NCBI GenBank assembly: GCA_032718475.1
Contig: JAUCBJ010000668.1
Location: 70,994-134,993, forward strand
DNA from: Nemertoderma westbladi
Lineage: Eukaryota > Animalia > Xenacoelomorpha
DNA: 64,000 nt
Direction of reading: 5' to 3'
Positions 12,901 through 27,900 of this stretch are shown piece after piece (within the stretch, counting starts at the first letter, position 1; the number at the start of each line of letters is the position of its first letter). Under the pieces are notes generated by a model. The model was not told the DNA's origin and searched no databases. It saw only the letters and a list, made by a program, of their open reading frames with translations. The translations under genes and the position numbers were made by a program.

Positions 12901-15900
12901 AAATACAAGTTAGATTGTAAATAAATACAAGTTAGATTGTAAATAAATACAAGTTAGATTGTAAATAAATACAAGTTAGATTGTAAATAAATACAAGTTA
13001 GATTGTAAATAAATACAAGTTAGATTGTAAATAAATACAAGTTAGATTGTAAATAAATACAAGTTAGATTGTAAATAAATACAAGTTAGATTGTAAATAA
13101 ATACAAGTTAGATTGTAAATAAATACAAGTTAGATTGTAAATAAATACAAGTTAGATTGTAAATAAATACAAGTTAGATTGTAAATAAATACAAGTTAGA
13201 TTGTAAATAAATACAAGTTAGATTGTAAATAAATACAAGTTAGATTGTAAATAAATACAAGTTAGATTGTAAATAAATACAAGTTAGATTGTAAATAAAT
13301 ACAAGTTAGATTGTAAATAAATACAAGTTAGATTGTAAATAAATACAAGTTAGATTGTAAATAAATACAAGTTAGATTGTAAATAAATACAAGTTAGATT
13401 GTAAATAAATACAAGTTAGATTGTAAATAAATACAAGTTAGATTGTAAATAAATACAAGTTAGATTGTAAATAAATACAAGTTAGATTGTAAATAAATAC
13501 AAGTTAGATTGTAAATAAATACAAGTTAGATTGTAAATAAATACAAGTTAGATTGTAAATAAATACAAGTTAGATTGTAAATAAATACAAGTTAGATTGT
13601 AAATAAATACAAGTTAGATTGTAAATAAATACAAGTTAGATTGTAAATAAATACAAGTTAGATTGTAAATAAATACAAGTTAGATTGTAAATAAATACAA
13701 GTTAGATTGTAAATAAATACAAGTTATATTGTAAATAAATACAAGTTATATTGTAAATAAATACAAGTTAGATTGTAAATAAATACAAGTTAGATTGTAA
13801 ATAAATACAAGTTAGATTGTAAATAAATACAAGTTAGATTGTAAATAAATACAAGTTAGATTGTAAATAAATACAAGTTAGATTGTAAATAAATACAAGT
13901 TAGATTGTAAATAAATACAAGTTAGATTGTAAATAAATACAAGTTAGATTGTAAATAAATACAAGTTAGATTGTAAATAAATACAAGTTAGATTGTAAAT
14001 AAATACAAGTTAGATTGTAAATAAATACAAGTTAGATTGTAAATAAATACAAGTTAGATTGTAAATAAATACAAGTTAGATTGTAAATAAATACAAGTTA
14101 GATTGTAAATAAATACAAGTTAGATTGTAAATAAATACAAGTTAGATTGTAAATAAATACAAGTTAGATTGTAAATAAATACAAGTTAGATTGTAAATAA
14201 ATACAAGTTAGATTGTAAATAAATACAAGTTAGATTGTAAATAAATACAAGTTAGATTGTAAATAAATACAAGTTAGATTGTAAATAAATACAAGTTAGA
14301 TTGTAAATAAATACAAGTTAGATTGTAAATAAATACAAGTTAGATTGTAAATAAATACAAGTTAGATTGTAAATAAATACAAGTTAGATTGTAAATAAAT
14401 ACAAGTTAGATTGTAAATAAATACAAGTTAGATTGTAAATAAATACAAGTTAGGACACGGACCCCCCCCCCCCCCCCCCCAATTTTTCTACAAATCTTTA
14501 TCATATTGTTTGAAATTTGAAACACAACAAGTTCACAACAAGTCCGTGGTTGTTACCATGAAGCCGGAATTTTCGATTTTGCCTTTAAATTTTATTTATA
14601 AGCGTTTCAAAAAAGTGTCTTTTGCGATATCGCACCCTCTGTATCATTGACATTCTTCACTTTAGTCGTAATTTTTTCACATCAATAGAAAGCTTGCGTT
14701 GCAAGGATTCCAAATATGTAGCAATATCTGAATTTCATTGAGAAACAGCTGAGAAATAGGCGTTCAAAGATTGCAAGAATTATTGTTCACTGCAGGCCAT
14801 TTATTCTATTTAATAAATACACAATATTCTAGAACGTGTTATTTATTTTATGAGTTGGTAGGCAACAACGGTATGCCTATACAATATCTATATTGCGTAG
14901 CTAATCATACATAAACAAATTGTTCCAGAATATTGTGTATTTATTAAATAGAATAAATGGCCTACAGTGAACAATAATTCTAGCAATCTTTGAATGCCTA
15001 TTTCTCAGCTGTTTCTCAACGAAATTCAGACATTGTTACATATTTGGAATCCTCGCAACGCAAGCTTTGTGTGAAAATTGATGTGAAAAAATTACGACTA
15101 AAGTGAAGAATGGCAATGATACAGAGTGCGCGATTTCGCAAAAGACACTTTTTTATAACGCTTATAAATAAAATTTAAAGGCGAAATCGAAAATTCCGGC
15201 TTCATGGTAACAACCACGGTGAGTTGAACTAGTTGTGTTTCAAATTTCAAGCAATATGATGAAGTTTGTAGAAAAATTTGGGGGGGGGGGGGTCCGTGTC
15301 ATCAGAAAATGACACTATAGTACGGGTCATGGTGTATAGATATACGTTTGGGCTGAAGGGCCACTTTTGTATATCAAAAGTGGCCCTATTGCGACTTGGG
15401 GGGTATTAAAAAGTGGCCCTTTAGCCCCTTTTTGGCCCTTTAGCTCGAAACCGCAAACGGGCTTGGATGGCCCTTTGTGTATACGGTTCCTTTAAAAAGT
15501 TATGCACCTTCATTTTATTACTAAATGAAAACATAATTTTCGGGCCACTTACCAAAATGTATAAAATGGAATTAGGGCCAAAAAAGTCAAAAGGGCCAAA
15601 ATTTGCCAAATTGGCCCTCTTCCTGTCTGGAATAATATATCATTGGCCCGAACTGAGCTTATTATATAGTGAAGAAAGAAAGGGCCATAACAGGCCCTAT
15701 TTGATGTGACTTCATAACAAATTTATCAAATTAGTTGAGAAGGAAACGAGCCGAACTGAAAATGAGATAAATAACAATAGGGCCATTATACAGTGGCCCT
15801 TTTAAATCCAATTTGATCCTACAAATATACTGAGCTGAGAATTTGAGTGGCCCACTTGTTTCAAAATTGATTTATTAAATAAAATGTCCCGAAGAAGGGG

Positions 15901-18900
15901 CCACTTTTACCATCATAAAGAATGAGATTAACAACATTAGGGCCATAAATATACATTGATTAAAATGGTCCGATTTCAATCCAAATTGATTAGTACCTAA
16001 TCAAATTATTAATTAGCGGTATTAGTCGAAGTCGATATCAACCTTATCTTGCACATACGGGCTGGAGCATTCGCGCAGCACGAGACTTACAACTCCTACC
16101 AAATATCAGATTAATCTAATGACTGGTTCTAATTATTACAACTGTGTGTGTGTGGGGTGGTGGTGTTGTCATGTGGACAATGCTATAGAACTAAATAGGC
16201 CACCAATTTACGATGGCAAGATATTTATAAATATTTATAGATTTATAAATGACATCACGGTTAATGAGGAAGAGGGTCTAGATACAAATGTGTGACTTAA
16301 TTTGTAACTTAAGCGAACTTAGATCCCTCGTTGAAAGCAAAGCGTACCTTAGATCTTAGGTAGACTTAGATCCCAATTTATACAATTTCCTTAGCACACG
16401 CTAGAGGAGAAGCGAACTTAGATCCCACGTGTACTGTGCGTTGGCCGCGTTCTATCGATATTATAGTGTATATTGTACTGTGTTTCATTAAGCATATAAA
16501 ACTACTTATAATGATCTAATGCAATTAAGTCATTCTGTCATACACTCAAAGTAGTTGCAATCAGTGACTCACCAACAAACTGTGAAAGCAAGGCAAAATA
16601 CGTCGTATTTTAAAAGTTTTTTACGTAGTACTAATATACAAATAGCTACCTATCAGTGAAATATTTCCACAAAATATTCGAGAACACAAAATAATTTTAA
16701 CATTGAATAAGGCAGCATCAGGAGTTGAAGAGTACAATAATTTGAATCGCAGTAACTCTGGAAGCAATATAGTAAAATACTGCAGTTCAATTTATTTTGT
16801 AGCACTATATCGCTCTATATTTTATTAACGAATTAAGCAACAAAAAAGTACCAATTTAAGAATACAATTACGTATTACATGGCACATGGGGAAAAAGACT
16901 TAGAGAACATTGTTTTTTTCAATATTCTCTCGACCCTTTATTAACCTCGCTGGCGCTCGGTAAATAAAATGCCTTGTGAATAATGAAAAAAAGTTCTACT
17001 TTTTTTCCCATGTAATAAGTAATTATTTTGTAGCACCAATTCACATCCCCTGTGCCGGGATCGAGAGTAGCTATTTCGCGTTCGCGGATCTGAGCTGTGA
17101 TGGCCCGCTTTGTTGACTTCTTTCGACCCCGTAGAGTAGCCTCGGCGACAAACTCACCAATAATTTCTAATTATGCAATGCTCCTAGGTCACTCTTACCA
17201 AATTTCAGATGGAATCTGATGGTTGGTTCTACAATTCTGTCAATTCGCCCCCCTAACGGCAGACAGGTGAACTTTAAAGTCTGTCTGTGTGTATAATTTC
17301 TACTTAAGCAACGGCGATAACTGCCCGTTGAAGACATGGGAACTTGAAGGTCTAACCGTACAGTACATAAAATATGTTCAAACAAAAATAATGTTTATTA
17401 AAATCTACATTATTTTAGTTTTAGGTTAACTGCGGTAAATATTACATTGCAAGTCTTACAAATCATGTTACTATTCATGTCATTTTTTGAGAAAGTCTGA
17501 CTGGCCCATTTGATTCAAAATTGATTTATTAAATTAAATGAACGGGAAAAGGGCCACCTTTACTATCATAAAGAATGATATGATTTACATTAGGGCCACA
17601 AATATACATCTTTTACAGTGGCCCATTATATACACTGATAAAACACAACCGCGGTCTCTACAAATACCGTTGTTTAAAGTAAAAAACTACGGTAAGACAA
17701 ACATAAACCAGGGTTTCATATTGATTTTTTTTCATGCATTATCAAGTGGCACTATAACCTCGGTTTTGATTTAGTTTAATTTTAAACCACGGTTTCATTT
17801 GCAAAAAATTATACAATAGTTTCGAAAAATAAATATTCGAAACCCATTTAAACTACGGTTTTATGGAATGACACCGGTTTTCAAAATATTTCACAACAAA
17901 TCGCGGTTTTTATAAATATCAATTATATATCACATTTATTATTATTTTATATAGCAAAGTTATCCGTTCCCCGGACGGAATCTTTGCTTATATTCCTGCA
18001 CTATGGGTGGGGTTATGCCGCCGTGCGTGGGTTAAGACTGAATTGCATTATTTAACGGCTGTATTTTTAATTGGCTGGCAGTTTTACCAATCAAAAAGTG
18101 TCAAAATGTTACCACCGGTGTTCTAAATCCATGGTGTGGTGAGTGGTGACTTTTTCTATAACCCCGATTTGTGGTGCCAAAATTTAAAACCGGAATTTAA
18201 TTAACACAAACCATGGTTTCATAGGTTTTAAAACCTTAGTTTGAGGGACAAACCGTGCTTTCTTAGGTTTTTAACCCTCGGTTTGAGAGATTCTACGAAT
18301 TTAAACATTGATATTAAAATTTGGAACACCATTTTATTATGGTACCTAAATTTAAAACCGGAATTTAATTAACCCAAACCATGGTTTCATAGGTTTTAAA
18401 ACCTTGGTTTGATGGACAAACCGTGCTACCATAGGTTTTTAACCCTCAGTTTGAGAGATTCCACGAATTAAAACCTTGGTATTATAATTTGTAACCTCAT
18501 TTTGTTATGGCGCCTAATTATAAAACCGTAATTTAATTAATCAAACCATGGTGTTCTAGGTTTTAAAACCTTGGTTTAAGGGACAAACCATGCTTTCATA
18601 GGTTTTTTAAACCTCGGTTTGAGAGATTAGCCACGAAATATATATAACCTTGGCATTTTGATTTGTAACCCCATTCTGGTATGGTACCCAAATATAAAAC
18701 CTTAATTTAATTAACTCAAACCATGGTTTCAGATACTTTAAAACCTTGTTTTTGAGAGATTAACCACCGTTATTTGCTTGGAAAACCGTCCTTGTAGATA
18801 GGATCATAATTAATGAAACAACGGTTCTATCTGTTACTTTAACCGCCGGTTTCTTAAAATAACCCCCGGTAGTTTTGGTGTAAAAATACCCGGGGTTAAT

Positions 18901-21900
18901 TTAGAAAACCGGCGGTTTTTTTAGTTAAAACCAAGGTTTATCTTTTTCAGTGTAGGTACATAATACCCTTCATTTGAAAGATACATATCTATGGCCCTTT
19001 AGGCCGAACGTACATATATACATATATATATAATATCTATATATATAATACCTTTTATTTATCTAATTATCAAAATTAGGAAAACTTATCAAATGGAAAT
19101 TAAAAAGATTTCCATCCCCAACATTATAGAAAGAAAAGAAAATCCCTCAAGTACATCAAATTATAACAAAAAACATAAAATATTATTTATCTTCAATTTG
19201 ACTCAAAATACAAAATACCCCGATCTAAACGGTGGCCCAGAAGTGGCAAAAGGAATTACAGATCAACCAGAGATTAGAAATATCTAGAGAGAAATTGTCT
19301 CTAAAGAGATAATTTATTAGTTTCGGCCTCGACTTCACCGTAAAATGCGCTGATTTTTCAAAATGTTTAGAAACATTTATATACCCCTAAATCCTACCGG
19401 TTTATACTTACCTTAATGGTACCCGTATCGCATCCGTAAGCAAACTCGCCCGGGCGCCCCCTAGCGATAGCTCGTATCCTTCCGCCCTCTGGGCACCCCA
19501 CGTAGACCTGCTCACACGAGACGCCCTCTAGAACCTGGAATCGGTAATGATTGTCCCCCGCCCCAACCAACACTTTCCCATCATCCAACACTCCGTCCAG
19601 GTCTCGCTTCAGTACCGTGTGGGTCGTGTTGGGTTGCAGTTCCATGGCGTCCCAAATCTGAAACATTCCGAATCAATAATCAATGAGATATCGAGATAAT
19701 ACACCATGAAACATAATAATAGTGTCATTTTCAGATGACACAGACAGACCTATTAAGTTTCGTTAAGCGTATTAAAAATAAAGTGTCTTTTGTGAAATCT
19801 GAATTTCGTTGAGAAACAGCTGAGATATAGGAGTTGAAAGATTACAAGAATTATCGTTCGATGGAGGCCATGTAATATATTTAATAAATAGAAATACACA
19901 ACATTCGCGAATTATTTATATTATCTCTTGCGATTCATAATTCGTTGATATTTCAATTTTCGAGCAATAATTTGTAAAAAACAATTTGTAGAACAATATG
20001 GCAAGGGGTGTCTGAGTAATCAGAAAATGACATTATATTCTGGGATCATAGTGTATAATATAGGATATGTTTTGAAAGTTTCTAATAACTACAAAATATA
20101 TCCATAATTTATTAAGTTACTCACCATGACTGTTTCGTCATCAGAAGCCGATATAATTTTCCTACCGCAGTGGCTGAAGGCGACCGAGTAAACCCAACTA
20201 GTGTGCATATTGAGAGTGCTAATTATCTTGCCACTTACCGCATCCCATATGCGAATCTATATGAATAAATAGAAAACCTTATACCAGTTAGCGCATCCAA
20301 AATAATTCGTCCAAGGCATACTAAGGGGGGACATCTCAGTCTGAATAAACAAGAATAAGTTCAACAATTAACTATAACTTCAAGAAAAAAACTAACCGAG
20401 AATGAATTGAGACCTCCAGCTAATGACCGACCGCTGGGGTGGAAGGCTAGACTTTGTACTGTAGATGCGTCACCAGTGGTGCACTCACAACGACGCTTTG
20501 AGGTAGTACTTGTACTTGATTGGCTAACCGCATCCCAAACATGAACCTCACCCCAACAGGAAGAAGCGATGGTGCTGGAATCGGGGGACCAACACAGGTT
20601 GGAGACCATATTCCTACAAAATAGAAACTATTGGTAAACTCATATTCAGTTACACAATATGTACCACATAGTTTTTGTTTGCACTACAATTTCGTGCGCA
20701 AAATCAGAATAAAAGTTAAATAACTTAATCACACTAAAATATTCTTAGTGATTTACATACACCAATATGCAGTGCCATGCGATATAAAGTAATGAGTATT
20801 TTAAAAAGTGGTAGAAATCGCTATAAAATTTTACTGCCAAAACCAAGTACCACACCCTGTCCTGCCGAGGGTCTTGATAACGCAGATGAATTAGGAATTT
20901 ATGGCATATCGCGAATTGTGGAAGTGTTGAGTTGCGGGCACGGTCGAATATGCAGCATCCTAGGCATGTAGAAGGTAGACGTATGATAATAATGTCAGTA
21001 ACAACTTTAGATACACTGACTGCGACTCCCAGACCCCCACTAACCTATGACCGATGTATGCCAGTAACAACTCGAGACACACTGACAGTGACACCAACTA
21101 ACCTATGGCCAGTGTATGTCAGCAACAACTCGAGACACACTGACTAACCCCCACTAACCTATCCATACCAACCAACCACCAAGGTTAAGGCTGAATCACC
21201 AGCCGATCGCCTCAATGGTTGGAAGGCCCACTTTGAAAAGCTCCTCAATAATGACAGGGTATTGCCTGATCACTTTATAGAAGTAAAAGTGTCTGAGTCT
21301 GTACTCCCAGATATTCCCATTGGCGATATCTCCTTTGCAGAAGTGAACGCTGCTGCAAAGAGCATCAAGACCAATCGTGCCAGTGGAGTAGATGGTGTTC
21401 CCCCTGAGGTCTTTAAAATACCTGAGTGTTTAAAGCTCATCTATCCTATCATAGTAGACATGTACCGAACAACAAGAGTCCCACAAGAAAAGAAAACAAA
21501 TATGTTGGTGCCAGTTCCCAAGAAGGGTAACCTAACACTCTATGGTTCTTTTCGGGGAATCTCATTGATCTCGATTGCTGCAAAGCTATACAATAGAATT
21601 CTATTAAATCGCATGAGGGATCCCATTGAAGACTGCTCCGTGGAAATCAGAATGGGTTCCGTAAAGGTCGTGGGACCATGGAGCCCATTTTGGCACTTAG
21701 AAGGATAATTGAAGAGTTATCAAAAAAGAAAGACAGGCATCTGGCTGCTTTGTTGACTTCTTCAAGGCCTTTGATGCAGTCTCTCGCTCACGTATATTCA
21801 GCATACTTTCATTATATGGGATTCCTGATGAAATTATTGCAGCAATAAGATCAGTATACGATGGTTCGACAACAGTTGTGTCTACTGTTGACGGTGACAC

Positions 21901-24900
21901 AGAACCATTTTAAGTGTTATGGGGCATCCTCCAGGGAGACATACTTGCACCATTCTTGTTCATAATTGTGGTTGACTATGTTCTACGCATGTCCTTAGAT
22001 CATCATAATGATGATGGGGTGATGATAACTCCACCTACTGGCTCCAGAAGTCGAGGAAATCTTGCCAAGTACCTAACTGATCTAGACTTTGCTGATGACT
22101 TAGGAGTACTCTCAGAATCACTAGAGGAAGCCCAACGGCTCCTCAGCTCATTGGAGCATGCTGCTTCTAGTGTTGGTCTTTTTATTAATTCCAGAAAAAC
22201 CAAAATTTTGACAGTTAACTTTGAAAGTCCTCAGCAAGTCTCTGATCGGATGAGCATAAGCTCAAAGGATGGTATGCTTGAGCATGTGGACGACTTCTGT
22301 TACCTGGGATCATGGATCCGGAAGTCAGGTGAGGACCTTCGAATACGTAAGGGAAAGTCATGGGCAGCCTTGAATAGGCTTTCCAGGATTTGGAAGTCAC
22401 CAAGAATTAATCGGAAACTTAAGGTCCGGTTATTTAGAGCAGTAGTAATTCCAGTACTCCTCTATGGGAGTCCATGCTGGGCTCTAACTGCTGAGGACAC
22501 CAAATCTTTGGATGGCACATTTACAAGAATGCTACGCCGGGTTCATTGCGTCAAGTACAATGCACACATCTCAAACTCAACACAATCTATATAACATTGG
22601 AGGTGTCTCATTGGTTCACCCAAGCTTGACACTAGAACAAAATAGCAAGCTTTGCAGAACATTGCTTTCGCCGTGAGGACCAGCCAGTGCATAATCTTGT
22701 ACTTTGGTAGCCTCATGGAGTGAATAAGCATGGTGGACAGCCCATGACTTTCTTGAGACGCATCTTAAAGGACACTGGCCTTGAAGATGCGGATGATCTA
22801 GCAAATGTCATGGGTGATATGGAGTTGTGGCGGTGCAATTTTGTCGACAAGCCGGCACAGCATTCTTAAAAATGCAGCTGCAATGCAGCATGCCGATCCT
22901 AGCAGTAGTAGTAGTAGTAACCTATGAGCAGTGTATGTCAGTAACAACTCGAGACACACTGACAGTGACACCCACTAACCTATGACCAGTGTATGTCAGT
23001 AACAACGCGAGACACATTGACAGTGACACCCACTAACCTATGACCAGTGTATGTCAGTAACAACTCGAGACACACTGACAGTGACACCCACTAACCTATG
23101 ACCAGTGTATGTCAGTAATGTGATGATCCGATGTGGGATCATAAACAAGATAAGTTGATATAAGCAAAGCAATATTGTTTATATTAATATAATACATGTA
23201 AGCAGGTAAAATAGCAGTATTGCTGTAATCCAGCATGCAGTACAGCAGTAGTCCTGTAGTCATGATTAGACTACAGGACTGCAGGATTGGTCAGGCTAAT
23301 ATATATATAACAGTACCGGTAAAAGGTACAGACTACCAGAATATATCATACAGTATCTAAACGTAGTAAGCCATGCATTGGGTCAGTCTCAAGGGATCTC
23401 CACACCCCCCTTCTAGCTGAGCGTAGGTGACCTATGGCGCAGCTAAACTAAAGATAGTCTGGGGGGCGGATTTTTCGCTGGCTGCGCCGTTGTGGTAAAG
23501 GCAAAGGCTCAGGTGCGAATTGTACACGCCGCTCTGGCTGTGGCGCAGTGGTGGTGGTGGGGTCAGTTGAAACCTGGGTTTGCGGTGGTTGAGTGGGTTC
23601 CAGGGTTGGGGTGGGGTGGGGAGGTGTAGCTGGGCGTAGAAAGCGGCGGTTACGGCGGTACACACGCCCACTCGCTAGTTTAATCTTATAATCTCTGTGG
23701 GGCCCAACCTGTACGATGGTGCCAGTACGATCCCAACGCTTAGTGTTGGGGTCTTGTAGTAGAACTGTGGTTCCCAGGTAGAGACGGGGAAGGCCACGGG
23801 TGTGCTGGTCATGGGCTGCCCGTTCAGTTGCCTTAACATCTGAGCGACGGTCAGCCACCTCGGCGATAGTACACCACTGGGGGGCGTAAGTTGTGTGATG
23901 TGCCGGTACGAGGGAGCGTAAGGGGGCACCGAATACAATCTGTGCAGGGGACAGTCCTGTGGAGTTCGGAGTGTTACGCCATTCCAAGAGGCCCTGGTTG
24001 AATGCATCTGTTAGGAATCCAGACTTCTTAACCAGGTTCTTCATCGCTTTGACTGCCGCCTCGGCGTGGCCATTGGAGGATGGGTTGTAGGGTGAGGAAG
24101 GTGAGAGGGAGACACCCCAACATTGGGCAAAGGCACGGAAGTCATGGGCGTCAAATTGGGGTCCACCATCAGTGCGGAGTCGTATAGGTACTCCAGTTGC
24201 AGAGAATTCACGTGAGAGGGCCCTGGTGACTGCAGATGCTGTGGGAGGGGACCTCCACTCCGTGACACAGGGCCATCCAGAGAACCGGCAGGTGTAGACG
24301 AGGTAGCTACGTCCACTAACATCAAATAGGTCTGCAGAGGTGTCCTCGAATGGTCTGCTTGGTTGGTCCTCCTGGAGTAGTGGTTCACGGGGCTGGCTCG
24401 GGCGTGATTCCTGGCAGAGGCCACATGAGTCCACCATGTGACGGATGTCTTCACCAATATTAGGCCAGAAAACGGCGAGGCGCGCACGACGCTTTGTACG
24501 TTCAACTCCCTGGTGGGAGGCATGAAGTCGCTGGAGCACACCGGGGCGCATTCCCATGGGGACTACTAGTCTATTATCATAGAGGACAAGGCCAGTGTCC
24601 CAGGAAAGTTTATCCCGCAGTTTCCAGTATGGGAGGAGCGCGCCCATAGGTTTAATGGGGAAACCACTCTGAACTGCATGGAGGAGTTCCTGGTATGTTG
24701 GGTCCAAACTCGCAGCATCCTTGAGAGATATAATGAGGGAGTCCACCAGGTGTGTGGATGATGATAGGGATGTGGCGAGGGCTGAGACAGTGGCAGGGGA
24801 GTAGACTAGGTCCAGTTCATCTGCCAAGTCCTCTGCAGTAGGGTCTGCAACTGGGGCGCGGGACAAGGCATCCGGGATACAATGGGATTTCCCAGCAGCC

Positions 24901-27900
24901 CATATGGTATGGAAGGAGTAGGCCATGGTGCGCTCCTTAAGGCGTTGGAGGCGAGGGTTCTCCACCTCATCCAGTGTGTGGTGATCGAGGATGGAAACGA
25001 GGGGCCGATGATCGGTGACTATTTCAAAGTCTGCCAGGCCAGAGAGGAATATACGGCACTTGCGGAGTGCCCAGGTGACTGCAAGCAGCTCCAGCTCAAC
25101 CATGGCATACCGCCCCTCTGTCTCTTATAGACAGATATTTAGCACCAGGGGTGGGGGCAGTGGCCTCATTGACTGCACAGGTGTCTGAGGGTGCTGAATG
25201 GCCATAGCAGTTGCCATGAGTGGCTGAGGGACTGCGTCATGGTACCTAAGTATCCCCAGTTCAGTGCACGTTCTCCAGGAGAGAAGGATGCCATCATACT
25301 CCCGGCTGATAAGGAAGGATGTGGAGAGAGAGCGGTTCTGGAAGGAAATAGTGAGGGGCAGGGAGCCACCAATATGTAGTGAGAGACCATTGGCTGCTTC
25401 TACCTGCTGAGCCGACTCATGTAGTCTGTCTGGCTGTTCCCCAAACCGACCAACTAATGTTAAACCCATAATATTCACATCGGAACCAGTGTCTGGGAGA
25501 ACCAGTAGTGTACAGCTGCCACGCGCTCCAGAAATTGTGACAGAGACTAATGGGGCCGGTACTGGTCGTTCGGGGCGTGTGCCATGTGATGTGGAGTCAG
25601 TGATCTGATGGGTTCGAAGAAGGCCAACTTTCCCATGAGTAGCAGCAGGGGCAGAGCTGCGACACATCCGCTGCAGGTGGCCGCGACGCTGACAGTTAAG
25701 ACAGATAACCTCATAAGCAGGACAGTCGGACCGGGTTGTGTGAGGGGTGCCCCCACAATTTCCACATTGCCGATCCACAGAGCGGTGACTGCCCCGGCGG
25801 CGGCCATTGTCTCGGGGCAGTTCCCGGGAAGTTGCACGGTACACGGAGCTAGTGGGGCCACCAATGCGAACGTTTGCATGTTCCCTCGAAGCTGCCTCCT
25901 CAGCCCGAGATATGTCGATAACTTCCGGGAGATCTGGGAACGGAGTGCGAGCGAGTAGTTTCTGCTTCGTCTCTGCACAGAGCAGGCCAGCAACAAAGCG
26001 AACAGCGATTTGGTGGCTGCGGCAGTGGGTGCAAAGTTCTGCCCCCAAATCCTCCAAGGCGATCCGGTATTCATCGACAGTTTCCCCTGGCCGTTGGGAT
26101 CGGTTAATGAAGTTGACATAGTCGAGGGCAAGGTTGGATTGACCCCGAAGATAAACCTGAAGGGCATCGAGGACAGTACTTGGGGCGAGTGTGGGGTCGC
26201 TGAGGTCCAGGGCACAGTTTACTTCGACTGACCGAGCGAGGCGGGTTGTAAAAGTTCCTAAAAGAGCTGCCGTTTGCTCGTCCACAGGGTAGGAAGTCAG
26301 TCTGTGCTGGCGGACGAAGAATTCCCACTGACGCCGCCAGGTGCGGAACTCTGGCAGTCGGATATCGGCGTCCAGTCGCTCAAGTGCGCGTGTATCAATG
26401 ACACGTGGGGGATGCCGGGGGTTGGGGCCGTGATCACCGGCTGTAGGCATGGTGGGTGGTGCCAGAGGGATAGCTGCACGGGGAAGCAACGCCTCGATTA
26501 GGGCTGCAAGGCGCTCATCTGCACGGCGTGCATCCTCTCGGCGTTGTTCTTCGACAACTCGGCGGTATTCCTCTGTCTCGCGTCGATGCTGATCATCGGC
26601 AACCCGTTGGTGATCGGTAAGCGCACGGAACAGTTCGTCGTATGACAGTTTGCGTGTGTGGTGCGTCTTGGGCGACACAGTAGCAGACACGTCGGACTCC
26701 GACAGCGTGCCATCCCGGTCATCGGTGGCTGGAAGTGTGGAGTCATGGGAGTAAGCCATGAGAGTCACGTAAGTTTATAATAATCGCAGCGCCATGTGAT
26801 GATCCGATGTGGGATCATAAACAAGATAAGTTGATATAAGCAAAGCAATATTGTTTATATTAATATAATACATGTAAGCAGGTAAAATAGCAGTATTGCT
26901 GTAATCCAGCATGCAGTACAGCAGTAGTCCTGTAGTCATGATTAGACTACAGGACTGCAGGATTGGTCAGGCTAATATATATATAACAGTACCGGTAAAA
27001 GGTACAGACTACCAGAATATATCATACAGTATCTAAACGTAGTAAGCCATGCATTGGGTCAGTCTCAAGGGATCTCCACAAGTAACAACTCGAGACACAC
27101 TGACAGTGACACCTACTAACCTATGACCAGTGTATCCGTAACAACTCGAGACACACTGACAGTGACACCCACTAACCTATGACCAGTGTATGTCAGTAAC
27201 AACTCGAGACACATTGACAGTGACACCCACTAACCTATGACCAGTGTATGTCAGTAACAACTCGAGACACACTGACAGTGACACCCACTAACCTATGACC
27301 AGTGTATGTCAGTAACAACTCGAGACACACTGACAGTGACACCTACTAACCTATGACCAGTGTATCCGTAACAACTCGAGAAACATTGACAGTGACACCC
27401 ACTAACCTATGACCAGTGTATGTCAGTAACAACTCGAGACACACTGACAGTGACACCCACTAACCTATGACCAGTGTATGTCAGTAACAACTCGAGACAC
27501 ACTGACAGTGACACCCACTAACCTATGACCAGTGTATGTCAGTAACAACTCGAGACACACTGACAGTGACACCTACTAACCTATGACCAGTGTATCCGTA
27601 ACAACTCGAGAAACATTGACAGTGACACCCACTAACCTATGACCAGTGTATGTCAGTAACAACTCGAGACACACTGACTAACCCCCACTAACATATAATC
27701 AGTGTGTGTCAGTAACAACTCGAGACACACTGACTAACCCCCACTAACCTATGACCAGTGTATGTCAGTAACAACTCGAGACACACTGACAGTGACACCC
27801 ACTAACCTATGACCGGTGTATGTCAGTAACAACTCGATGACCAGTGTATGTCAGAAACAACTCGAGACACACTGACAGTGACACCTACTAACCTATGACC

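Larger units (their letters stand above)
23119..27080 (-). mobile_element. Ty3/Gypsy LTR retrotransposon, internally deleted (no RT)
   Basis: 286-bp LTRs TG...CA at 23119-23404 and 26795-27080 that look identical; 5-bp TSD AGTAA; PBS TGGCGCTGCG; PPT AGAAGGGGGG. Confidence 0.95.

Noticed and set aside
23432-26746. Multiple short overlapping ORFs within the Gypsy element
   Set aside because: Alternative-frame or antisense shadows of GC-rich gag/pol.
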